A DNA stretch of 64,000 nucleotides from Planctomycetales bacterium (GTDB lineage Bacteria; 4484-113): assembly GCA_037441675.1 (NCBI GenBank), contig JBBIRS010000001.1:96001-160000 (forward strand), written 5' to 3'. The translations under genes were made by a program, and so were the position numbers. A model generated the notes under the pieces. It made no database searches, was not told the origin of the DNA, and worked only from the letters and a program-made list of their open reading frames with translations. This document shows, piece after piece, positions 37,660 to 46,179 of this stretch. How positions within the stretch are numbered: the first letter of the stretch is position 1; each line of letters begins with the position of its first letter.

Positions 37660-40146
37660 ATGACCCGCACAGACCGTATAGAATTTGACGAAAAAATCCG
37701 ACCTCGTGAAATTGTTGAGGAGCTTGAAGAAAGCTACTTAGATTACGCGATGAGCGTAATAATAGGTAGAGCCATTCCTTCGGTTAAGGATGGCTTGAAA
37801 GTCATCCATCGTCGCATTATTTACAGTATGTTTGACGCGGGGTACACCTCAAATAAGCCCACAAACAAGAGCGCAAAAATCGTAGGGGAGGTTATGGGTA
37901 AGTTCCACCCACACGGTGATGCTGCAATTTACGACGCTCTGGTGAGGCTAGCTCAGCCTTGGAGTATTCGCTACCCGCTGATTGAAGGGCAGGGGAACTT
38001 TGGCTCCATTGATGGTGATGAACCTGCTGCAATGAGATATACGGAAGTTAGGCTTTCTCCCCTCGCGGAGTATTTAATGCGGGACATTCGTAAGCGAACG
38101 GTGGACTTTGTCCCAACCTTTGATGGTAAAGAACTAGAACCAGTTGTATTACCCGCCCTTTTGCCAATTCTCCTTATGAATGGAACAGAGGGTATCGCAG
38201 TTGGTATGGCTACCCGTATACCTCCGCATAACTTAAATGAACTAGTTAACGCATGTAAAGTGTTAATACAAAATCCCAAGGCAACCAATGAAGAGCTATT
38301 ACGTCACGTAACCGGTCCGGACTTTCCAACTGGTGGTTTGATACTTGGCACCGATGGAATAACTAAAGCTTACACCGAAGGTAGAGGCACTATAACTATA
38401 AGGGGTCGGGCAAGTGTAGAGCAGGATAAGAGGGAACGCTTTAGGATAGTTATCACCGAAGTGCCGTATCAGATAAACAAGTCAGCGCTCGTGGAGAAGA
38501 TTGCGGAACTTGCCTCCCAAAGCAAGGGTGCTCTTTCGGGAATCTCAGATATTCGTGACGAATCTGATAGAACTGGCATACGGGTTGTTCTAGAGTTAAA
38601 AAGGGATGCAAATCCCCAGGTCATCCTAAACAACCTTTACAAATATACCCCTCTTCAAACAACCTACGGCATTATTCAACTGGCTCTGGTAGATGGAGTA
38701 CCCAAGGCTCTATCCCTAAAGGACATTCTTGAGCTCAATATTAATCACGGTAGGATAGTCTTAACTAAGAGAATAGAGTTTGAACTAGAGCAAGCGGAGA
38801 AGAGGGCGCATGTGCTTGAGGGCTTTAAGATTGTCCTTGATAATCTTGATGTAGTAATTAAGATTATTAGGTCAAGCGCAGATCATAAAGAAGCCTCAAA
38901 CCTTCTAATTGCGAGGTTCAAGTTTACCGAGGAGCAAGTAAAGGCTATCTTGGATATGAGGCTTAGCCAGCTGACGAATCTTGAACGCAAGAAAGTTCTT
39001 GATGAGCTAGCAGAGCTGAAAAAATCAATAAAAGAGTTCAAGTCAATCTTATCCACCCCCAAGAAAATTGATGAAATTCTCATAGAGGAGCTAGAAGAAT
39101 CAGTTAAGAGGTTTGGTGATGAAAGACGGACAACTATTGTTCAGACCGACGAGAAAGGTGAGTTCAAGGAAGAAGATCTGGTGAGAAGTGAATCGGTTGT
39201 GGTAACTATAAGCAGAAACAGCTACATTAAACGAGTGCCTTTATCAAGTTTTAGAGTTCAGGCAAGGGGAGGACGTGGGCTAATTGGAGCCGGCTTAAAG
39301 TCTGACGATGCGGTTAGCGGTCTCGTTTTGACTAACACTTTGGATACTATACTTTGCTTCACCAACAGAGGGAACGTTTACTCATTGAAAGTTTACAAAA
39401 TTCCAGCTTTTGATAGAACCGCAAAGGGTACTCCGATTGTGAATTGTATTGGGCTGGGAAATCCTGAAGAAAGAGTAACCGCAATCGCATCATTGAAAGA
39501 GTTCTCCGAGCCTTATCTTTTTATGTGCACTAGGAAGGGGCGAGTAAAGAAATGCGCGCTTTCTGAATTCACGAACCTTAGGATAACAGGCAAGCGCTCC
39601 ATTACCCTAGAAGGCACTGACACTTTGGAGTTTGTTATTCCTACTAGTGGCAAGGACACGCTTATTATCAGCACTCGAAAAGGCTTTTCAGTTTGTTTCA
39701 ATGAGGGTGAAGTAAAACCAGTGGGGACATCCGCCCAGGGCGTTATTGGGATTAGGCTTCAAGGAGAGGACGATGAAGTTGTCGGACTTGGCAGAATAAA
39801 ACCTTCCAGCGAGCTTCTCGTCGTAAGTGAACTTGGATATGGCAAGAGAACCCCACTCTCAGAATTCCGAATAACTCATCGGGCTACCAAGGGAATTATA
39901 AGTATGAAAGTGCGTGAAAAAACGGGGGATGTTATTTCCGCGAGGGTGGTTAGCGAGAATGATGAGGTGATTCTGATTTCAGTTGACGGAATGGTTATCA
40001 GGACTGAAGTTAGACAGATTTCCCAACAGGGGCGTAGCACTATGGGCGTTAAGGTTATGAATTTAAGGGAAGGAGACAAGGTTTCCGCAGTAGAAGTGGT
40101 TCCCTCAGATTTTGGTGGAGAGTCGCTTTTTGAGCCTAATAGTTGA
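37660..40146 (+). CDS. gyrA: DNA gyrase subunit A
   Basis: DGLK, HPHGD, catalytic AAMRYTE, GyrA-box QARGGRG, C-terminal pinwheel repeats. Confidence 0.95.
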   Translation: MTRTDRIEFDEKIRPREIVEELEESYLDYAMSVIIGRAIPSVKDGLKVIHRRIIYSMFDAGYTSNKPTNKSAKIVGEVMGKFHPHGDAAIYDALVRLAQPWSIRYPLIEGQGNFGSIDGDEPAAMRYTEVRLSPLAEYLMRDIRKRTVDFVPTFDGKELEPVVLPALLPILLMNGTEGIAVGMATRIPPHNLNELVNACKVLIQNPKATNEELLRHVTGPDFPTGGLILGTDGITKAYTEGRGTITIRGRASVEQDKRERFRIVITEVPYQINKSALVEKIAELASQSKGALSGISDIRDESDRTGIRVVLELKRDANPQVILNNLYKYTPLQTTYGIIQLALVDGVPKALSLKDILELNINHGRIVLTKRIEFELEQAEKRAHVLEGFKIVLDNLDVVIKIIRSSADHKEASNLLIARFKFTEEQVKAILDMRLSQLTNLERKKVLDELAELKKSIKEFKSILSTPKKIDEILIEELEESVKRFGDERRTTIVQTDEKGEFKEEDLVRSESVVVTISRNSYIKRVPLSSFRVQARGGRGLIGAGLKSDDAVSGLVLTNTLDTILCFTNRGNVYSLKVYKIPAFDRTAKGTPIVNCIGLGNPEERVTAIASLKEFSEPYLFMCTRKGRVKKCALSEFTNLRITGKRSITLEGTDTLEFVIPTSGKDTLIISTRKGFSVCFNEGEVKPVGTSAQGVIGIRLQGEDDEVVGLGRIKPSSELLVVSELGYGKRTPLSEFRITHRATKGIISMKVREKTGDVISARVVSENDEVILISVDGMVIRTEVRQISQQGRSTMGVKVMNLREGDKVSAVEVVPSDFGGESLFEPNS

Positions 40147-40274
40147 TTGTGTAAAGTTTCATTGGTTACAGGGGCGATGGTTCCTTAGTATTAAGATTAA
40201 AGTTATGTAATTAGACTTTTAAGACATTACAAATTACGTTTTCATTATTCAAATAGCGTTTCTAACTTTTGATT

Positions 40275-40715
40275 ATGAGGATACTGGTGTTAAACGGTCC
40301 GAATCTGGACTTACTTGGAGAACGGGAAGCTGAGATATACGGCTCAACTAACCTAAAGTCCATTGAAGGTTCGCTCTTTAGCTGGCTTGAGAATAATCAT
40401 CCTGAGGTAGGGCTAGATTTCCTCCAAACAAACAGTGAGAGTGTCTTAATTGACAAACTGAACTCATCCCATAATGCCTATAATGGCTTAATTATCAATC
40501 CAGGTGCGTTAGCTCATTATTCAGTAGCCCTTAGGGACAGCCTTAAAGCTTTTCCTGCGCCTAAGGTAGAAGTGCACATTTCCAACCCCATTGCCCGTGA
40601 GAATTTCAGGCAGACAATGTTGACCGCTGGAGCGGTGAATGCGGTTATTCTTGGGATGGGTGCATATGGTTACCTCCTAGCCCTTCAATATCTTCTAAAA
40701 ACATACCAACATTGA
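40275..40715 (+). CDS. aroQ: Type II 3-dehydroquinate dehydratase
   Basis: LNGPNLDLLGERE..YG, INPGALAHYSVALRD, EVHISN..ARE. Confidence 0.93.
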   Translation: MRILVLNGPNLDLLGEREAEIYGSTNLKSIEGSLFSWLENNHPEVGLDFLQTNSESVLIDKLNSSHNAYNGLIINPGALAHYSVALRDSLKAFPAPKVEVHISNPIARENFRQTMLTAGAVNAVILGMGAYGYLLALQYLLKTYQH

Positions 40716-40876
40716 TGTTTTGGCAAGTTAACTCACATTCTGCTTACATCTGCAAACTTTGCCAGGAAGCTACCACAAATTGCCCACGTACCCCTTGGGA
40801 AGACCTCAATGTTCAATTGAGCATTCTATTTGGAATTTGCGTATTTTTTAGCTCGCAAAGGCGCATTCAGCTGGAC

Positions 40877-40907
40877 TTGACAGAATACCCGCTTAGTGGT
40901 ATATAAT
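40877..40907 (+). promoter_or_regulatory. Sigma70-type promoter upstream of the YqgF-like gene
   Basis: TTGACA (40877-40882) and TATATAAT (40900-40907). Confidence 0.6.
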
Positions 40908-40919
40908 TTACTTAACAGG

Positions 40920-41309
40920 ATGAGGGTAGCGATTGACCCAGGTACTTATAAGTGCGGATGGGCTATAAGTGTACCGGGCGCCAGTCGGTTCCTAAAGGGA
41001 ACAGTGGACCTTGAAATGCTGAAGGATTGTTTGTCGTTGATTAAACGTAACTTTTCCGTAGAACTTGTCCTTGTTGGCTCTGGAACAAACTCTAAGAACG
41101 TATATAGCACCATTGTGGAGGTTTTTGGAAGTAAAAAATCGTTGCTGGTGTCTGAAACAGGTTCCACCGACGAGGCTAAGCGTTTATACCTTCAAGATTG
41201 TGGGGGAAGTTCGCTTTTAAAGCTTATTAGGTTACTATTTCTATTGTTTTTTAATCCCCCGCTGGATGGTTATGCCGCTGTAAGCTTACTTAAACGGCAT
41301 ACACCCTAA
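40920..41309 (+). CDS. YqgF/RuvX-like RNase H-fold protein (cyanobacterial-type)
   Basis: VAIDPGTYKCGWA, LVGSGTNS, VSETGSTDEAKRLY, PLDGYAA. Confidence 0.75.
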   Translation: MRVAIDPGTYKCGWAISVPGASRFLKGTVDLEMLKDCLSLIKRNFSVELVLVGSGTNSKNVYSTIVEVFGSKKSLLVSETGSTDEAKRLYLQDCGGSSLLKLIRLLFLLFFNPPLDGYAAVSLLKRHTP

Positions 41310-41321
41310 ATTTGGTTACTA

Positions 41322-41382
41322 TACCGTTGTTCGCCTTGTAAAAGGAGGTGAGAAAACTTGGTCAAGGCGATGCAACGAGGTA
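41322..41382 (+). promoter_or_regulatory. Long leader hairpin with a perfect Shine-Dalgarno (AAAGGAGGTGA) in its loop, upstream of the SLH porin
   Basis: TACC-GTTG-T-TCGCCTTG pairs with CAAGGCGA-TG-CAAC-GA-GGTA. Confidence 0.6.
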
Positions 41383-41513
41383 AAAATTTATTTTTATTGG
41401 CAGGCTCTGAAAATCTGGGTTATCTAATGGCAAAGGTAACTAGGCAACTTTGCTATAAGAGTTTCCAGAGGTAAGGAGCTGAGCCAAAATCTAGTATCAC
41501 CAAGGAGTAACTT

Positions 41514-43190
41514 ATGCGCAGTTTAATTTTCACTTTAGCGTTGGTTCTCTCCCTGGCTCTATCCACAGGAGCTTTTGCTCAGATGTTTAGGGATGTTCCA
41601 CCGGATCACTGGGCATACGAAGCCATTGATTATCTCCAGCAAGAGGGCCTTGTAGAGGGTTACCCAGATGGTACCTTCCAGGGTCAGCGCTCCTTTACCC
41701 GTTACGAAATGGCTATGGTTGTCGCACGTATCTACTCCAAGCTGGATGAGAAGCTTTCAGCTTTTGATCCTGCTAAGCTGGACGAGATTAACTCTCGCTT
41801 GGATCAGCTTGCCAATGAGTTCAAGGACGAATTGGCAGAGTTGGGTGTCCGTTTGGACCAGCTTGAGAGCACAGTCTCTCAGCATGGTAAGGACATTGAC
41901 CAGCTCAAAGCTCTTATCCGCGAGTCAAATTTAAGTGGCGTTTATCGTGTGCGAACCGGTGCGTACGTAGATACCGGAGTTGTTGATATGTCCAACGACT
42001 TCGGTCACGAGCAGTGGATTGAACTCCACTATGGCTTCCAGCCAGAGGAGAACATTCGCTTTGATTTCAGCCTAACATCGGCTGAGGCTCAGGGTGCTGT
42101 AGGAACGGGCATCATTCCAGGTGCTGGAAACGAGACTGCCTTTACGACCATTGCCACTCCTCCCAACTTCTACTCTCAAGCAGCTTCCAGCTTCGTTCTT
42201 GACAAGGCAATGGCAACAATTGACCTGACACCTTACACTGATGCATTTGGTGACACTCCCACGCTGACTGTTGGTCGTCAATACTTCAGTGAGGGCGAGT
42301 TTGGGCTAGCTGGCGATAACGGCTTCCGTTCCAACTTCGGTTACCGTTTTGACACAACGTGGGAGGATGGTGAATGGGCGTTCTATGTTGGTGCATACCG
42401 CGTGGAGTCCGCGCCAGCAACTTTCGCACCATTCTTTAACCCCTTCACTAGAAGCTTCATGTCCAGTGCCATCAATGCTCCATTTGACAGTGATGATTAC
42501 GTAAATCTCGGTTTCAAGTACAGAGGGCGCGAGGGCAAGTTCCCCGGACACGATTACGATCTCGCTATTAACATTGATGGTAGCCCCAATGGTTACGGTG
42601 CTGAGCAGTTTCTAAGCATTTCTGGAAACGCGGAAATTCCGTGGTTTGATGACGAATGGCTTAACGGCATCCGTGCTGAGTGGGTTTGGGTACCAAACAA
42701 CGTTAGCGACTTCGACGCGGAGGATATCGGGCTTGAGGATATGAACACAATCGTTGGGCTTGACATCTACAACGATGGCAGAACAAAGTTCACCCTCTAC
42801 GGTGCAAGCATTGCCCAGCTCGAAGGTCTACCAGTTTTTGCCAACGTTGATAACGATCCCTTCAGCGAGTGGGACTACACTGTGAACGGTCCAGGTGATG
42901 CCTTTAACTTTAGCCGTGAGGGTAAGAACTTCTTCCCGTCAGACTTTGAAGGTATTGGTGTTACCTTTGAACACACCTTCCCCAACGATCTTTACGGGAA
43001 ACTCACGTGGTACACTGGAGAGCGTATTAATGCGTTCTTTGATGCACGTCCTGACCTCCTGAAGTTCAATTTCCGTTACCCATTTGCTAAGAATGCTTCA
43101 CTTGGGTTGGACGTGATTACTTCTGGTCAGAGCGATGGTCTTGAAGACGCTATTACTCTCGTTCGTGGTGAGTTCTTACTTCACTTCTAG
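41514..43190 (+). CDS. Major outer-membrane protein: SLH domain, coiled coil and beta-barrel (OmpM/SlpA/cyanobacterial-porin type)
   Basis: Signal peptide; FRDVPPDHWAYEAI..GYPDGTF.G..TRYEMA SLH; LANEFKDELAELGVR coiled coil; aromatic beta-rich C-terminus ending in F; codon usage suggests high expression. Confidence 0.9.
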   Translation: MRSLIFTLALVLSLALSTGAFAQMFRDVPPDHWAYEAIDYLQQEGLVEGYPDGTFQGQRSFTRYEMAMVVARIYSKLDEKLSAFDPAKLDEINSRLDQLANEFKDELAELGVRLDQLESTVSQHGKDIDQLKALIRESNLSGVYRVRTGAYVDTGVVDMSNDFGHEQWIELHYGFQPEENIRFDFSLTSAEAQGAVGTGIIPGAGNETAFTTIATPPNFYSQAASSFVLDKAMATIDLTPYTDAFGDTPTLTVGRQYFSEGEFGLAGDNGFRSNFGYRFDTTWEDGEWAFYVGAYRVESAPATFAPFFNPFTRSFMSSAINAPFDSDDYVNLGFKYRGREGKFPGHDYDLAINIDGSPNGYGAEQFLSISGNAEIPWFDDEWLNGIRAEWVWVPNNVSDFDAEDIGLEDMNTIVGLDIYNDGRTKFTLYGASIAQLEGLPVFANVDNDPFSEWDYTVNGPGDAFNFSREGKNFFPSDFEGIGVTFEHTFPNDLYGKLTWYTGERINAFFDARPDLLKFNFRYPFAKNASLGLDVITSGQSDGLEDAITLVRGEFLLHF

Positions 43191-43211
43191 TTCTTAATTC
43201 TTCCCCCGTCG

Positions 43212-43250
43212 AAAAAAAGGGTTCCAGCCCGCAGGCTGGAACCCTTTTTT
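43212..43250 (+). terminator. Bidirectional Rho-independent terminator
   Basis: A7-GGGTTCCAGCC-CGCA-GGCTGGAACCC-T6 perfect stem. Confidence 0.93.
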
Positions 43251-43285
43251 GTTGGGAGAGTTAGGGACTAGTCAGAACATTTAGT

Positions 43286-43651
43286 TTAGACCCCACCCTC
43301 TAAATGAAAAATTTGAGGTTGCCTATCATTAACATCGCGAAAATTCACCTCAATTAAATCAAACCTGATAGGTTTCCCATATAGACGGTGCTTGCGCAAG
43401 TAAATTTCTGCTACCGTTTCAATCTTTTGAGCCTTTTCACGGTTCACCCTGTCACGAGGCGAGAATCCCGGATGGATTACGCCGGACTTAACCTCTGTGA
43501 AGACGATTAGCTCCTTGTGGCTTGTAATTATGTCTATCTCGCCTTTCTTGGTAGTAAAGTTTCTAGCTAAGAGCTTGTGTCCTTTTCGTTTAAGGTGTAA
43601 GACAGCTAAACGCTCAGCCCTGTTCCCAAGGCGAAGGTGAGTGGGGGTCAT
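43286..43651 (-). CDS. yraN: YraN family (UPF0102) PD-(D/E)XK protein
   Basis: LGNRAERLA, ARNF..GEIDII, FTEVK, RFDLI; likely start ATG 43651. Confidence 0.88.
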   Translation of the reverse strand: MTPTHLRLGNRAERLAVLHLKRKGHKLLARNFTTKKGEIDIITSHKELIVFTEVKSGVIHPGFSPRDRVNREKAQKIETVAEIYLRKHRLYGKPIRFDLIEVNFRDVNDRQPQIFHLEGGV

Positions 43652-43832
43652 CAACTGTAAAGGGGCTCTTCTTTTTAAGAACCCCAACAAAAACTGTAAG
43701 GGGTTCAAGGGAAAACGTTGCCAGACAGAAAGGACACTCCATTTCTTCGCCTTCTTTTTTATCATCACCTATCAAAAGGAGTCTACTACAATCTGGGCAG
43801 AATACTTTACCAGCCGTGCGTGGAAGTTTCAT
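43614..43832 (-). CDS. Small zinc-ribbon protein (LysW-like spacing)
   Basis: CPDC-x17-CPFC; perfect TGGTATAAT 6 nt before the ATG; overlaps the yraN start. Confidence 0.65.
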   Translation of the reverse strand: MKLPRTAGKVFCPDCSRLLLIGDDKKEGEEMECPFCLATFSLEPLTVFVGVLKKKSPFTVDDPHSPSPWEQG

Positions 43833-43838
43833 TGATTT

Positions 43839-43881
43839 ATTATACCACTGGTAGTCTGATAAAGCTATAAAATGATATAAT
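43839..43881. promoter_or_regulatory. Divergent extended -10 promoters (minus strand TGGTATAAT 43839-43847; plus strand TGATATAAT 43873-43881)
   Basis: Two consensus TGnTATAAT boxes back-to-back between the zinc-ribbon gene and moxR. Confidence 0.6.
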
Positions 43882-43912
43882 CATCAGCACTTGGAATTAG
43901 GAAACTCACAAA

Positions 43913-44911
43913 ATGTTAGAAAGGCTTGTAGAGCAAAAAGGCGCTGAATCGCCAGGCATCCCACAAGATGAACTTATGGTCGCAAACCAAGGGATTCAAC
44001 GCATCATTGACAATGTTGAGAAGGTTATATTTGGCAAATCAGAGGTAATCAGGAGAATTATAGGTGCAGTACTGGTAGATGGGCACGTTTTACTAGACGA
44101 TGTGCCTGGCATTGGCAAGACTATGCTAGCTAAGGCTTTAGCAAAATCAATTTCCGCTGAATTCCGACGTATTCAATTCACACCTGATTTGTTACCATCG
44201 GACATTACTGGAAGCTATATTTTTAACCAGAAAACCGGCGAGTTCACGTTTAGAGCCGGTCCTATTTTCGCAAATATTGTACTTGCAGATGAGATAAATC
44301 GCGCTTCACCGAGAACCCAGTCATCGCTCCTTGAAGCCATGGAGGAAAGACAGGTCACGGTTGATGGTGTCTCCCATGCTCTTCCTCAGCCATTTATTGT
44401 TATCGCAACTCAAAACCCGATTGAACATGAAGGAACCTACGACCTACCGGAGGCTCAGCTGGATAGGTTCCTAATTCGGGTAAAAATAGGTTACCCTCCT
44501 TCTGATGAGGAGGCAGAAATACTAGAAGCGCAAAGAGAGGAGCATCCAATTCACTCGCTAAAGTCTGTGATTGACCTGCAAACCCTTGAAAAGTATAGAA
44601 TTATGGCGAGAAAGGTATATGTCAAACCAAGCATCAGGAGGTATATTGTAAGTATAAGTAACGAAACTCGTAGTCATCCGGATGTTCTGGTAGGAGCATC
44701 AATTCGCGGTAGTCTAGCCCTTATGCGTTCTGCTCAAGCAAAAGCTCTCATTGAGGGTAGAGATTACATTACGCCGGAAGACGTTAAGGAAATGGCGCCG
44801 TTAGTTTTGAGTCACAGGATAATTTTACTTCCATCCGCATCGCTCTCTGGGCTTAAAAGTGAGACTACTATCCAAAATGTTCTAAAAAGAGTTCCAGTTC
44901 CTCTGCAATAA
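43913..44911 (+). CDS. moxR: MoxR family AAA+ ATPase
   Basis: GHVLLDDVPGIGKT, RIQFTPDLLPSD, LADEINRASPRTQSSLLEAMEE, ATQNPIE, LPEAQLDRF. Confidence 0.95.
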   Translation: MLERLVEQKGAESPGIPQDELMVANQGIQRIIDNVEKVIFGKSEVIRRIIGAVLVDGHVLLDDVPGIGKTMLAKALAKSISAEFRRIQFTPDLLPSDITGSYIFNQKTGEFTFRAGPIFANIVLADEINRASPRTQSSLLEAMEERQVTVDGVSHALPQPFIVIATQNPIEHEGTYDLPEAQLDRFLIRVKIGYPPSDEEAEILEAQREEHPIHSLKSVIDLQTLEKYRIMARKVYVKPSIRRYIVSISNETRSHPDVLVGASIRGSLALMRSAQAKALIEGRDYITPEDVKEMAPLVLSHRIILLPSASLSGLKSETTIQNVLKRVPVPLQ

Positions 44912-44934
44912 GTTTATAGTAAGATTTATTTGAG

Positions 44935-46176
44935 TTGAGCTTTCTTACCCCAAATTCTAAGGTTTTAATTGCTTTAACCGCATTCACAGGTGTCTTAGCA
45001 CTCATATTTCAGGGGCACCTATTAGTCTACACCGGCATTTTGTTGTTGACCACATGTGTAACTCTCTTCATCTGGTCTTTCCAATGCACTAAGGGACTAA
45101 CCATTGAGAGAGAACATACTCAAATATGTATGAAGGGGCAGAACGTTTTAGTTACGTTAAAGCTCATAAACCGCAGCAAATATCCAAGATTTTTAGTCTT
45201 CGGATACGATTACTTTCCTGCCGAAAGAGCTGGAGACACTTATAAATCTGTTATCTTTCCATCGGTGGCAAAGCACTCTGAAGCCCTTTATAGATACCAA
45301 GCCTATGCAGCAAGACGAGGGGTTTATAATGTGGGTCCATTTTATTTCTATTCAGGCGACCCACTCGGTTTCTTTCGCCATGTAAGAAAAGTTGATGTTT
45401 ATACGAAGATTACGGTTGTTCCTGTTCCTCTGCCTACAAGGTTAAATTACCTACAGTCCCGTTCAAGGATCCAAAAGGACGAGTATTCAACCATTGCAGT
45501 TCCAGGTCAATCAACCGAATTTCTTGGAGTTAGGGAGTACCAGCATGGTGACCCACTTCGCAAGATTCATTGGATGTCCACTGCAAGGACAGGAGAGCTT
45601 ATCACAAAGCAGTTTGAGAAAAACGTGGCTTCTTCGTTGTCCATACTGTTAATAAACTATCCAGAACTCTCAAATGGCAAATTTGAGGAGCATACACCCC
45701 TTGAATACTCCATAACCATAATCTCAACTCTAGCCAACGAAGTCAGTCGTCGTAGAAGTTATGTTTCATTCAAAGAACTAAATGGGAACTCCCCTCGCTC
45801 TGCCTCGGGAATGGGTGAGAGCTTCTTTGAAACTCTCTCTTATACTTTAGCATCGGTCACAAAGGGGGAACCATTTGAGCTGAAAAGCTATTACGAAGAA
45901 ATTATGCGTTCTTTACCTTCCAGCTCAGATTTAATAGTTATTATCCCAACGCTTTCCAGTATAGACGCTGAAATTCTCTCTCATTTGCGCCTGAATTTCA
46001 AAAGCTTATCAGTTCTTACCTTTGACTTAAATAGTTTTATCACTGCTGTTCCTAGAAGAGCAGAAAAAACCCGCTTTACCTTCGCAAGGAACTTTATGGC
46101 TTTTGAAATTGCATTTGGCGATGATTTGACTTCAAAGTTAGAACAATTTATTGGGAAAGCTGGTCTGATTAAATAG
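44935..46176 (+). CDS. DUF58 domain protein
   Basis: RRGVYNVGP..DPLGFF; EFLGVREYQHGDPLRKIHWMSTAR; follows moxR. Confidence 0.88.
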   Translation: MSFLTPNSKVLIALTAFTGVLALIFQGHLLVYTGILLLTTCVTLFIWSFQCTKGLTIEREHTQICMKGQNVLVTLKLINRSKYPRFLVFGYDYFPAERAGDTYKSVIFPSVAKHSEALYRYQAYAARRGVYNVGPFYFYSGDPLGFFRHVRKVDVYTKITVVPVPLPTRLNYLQSRSRIQKDEYSTIAVPGQSTEFLGVREYQHGDPLRKIHWMSTARTGELITKQFEKNVASSLSILLINYPELSNGKFEEHTPLEYSITIISTLANEVSRRRSYVSFKELNGNSPRSASGMGESFFETLSYTLASVTKGEPFELKSYYEEIMRSLPSSSDLIVIIPTLSSIDAEILSHLRLNFKSLSVLTFDLNSFITAVPRRAEKTRFTFARNFMAFEIAFGDDLTSKLEQFIGKAGLIK

Positions 46177-46179
46177 ATA

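Noticed and set aside
33989..40146. Inteins in dnaE or gyrA; gyrA as parC
   Set aside because: Lengths are normal with no intein motifs, and the GyrA-box QARGGRG is present.
40712..40906. 64-aa ORF between aroQ and the YqgF-like gene
   Set aside because: No SD or recognisable motif, and it overlaps a consensus promoter; likely spurious.
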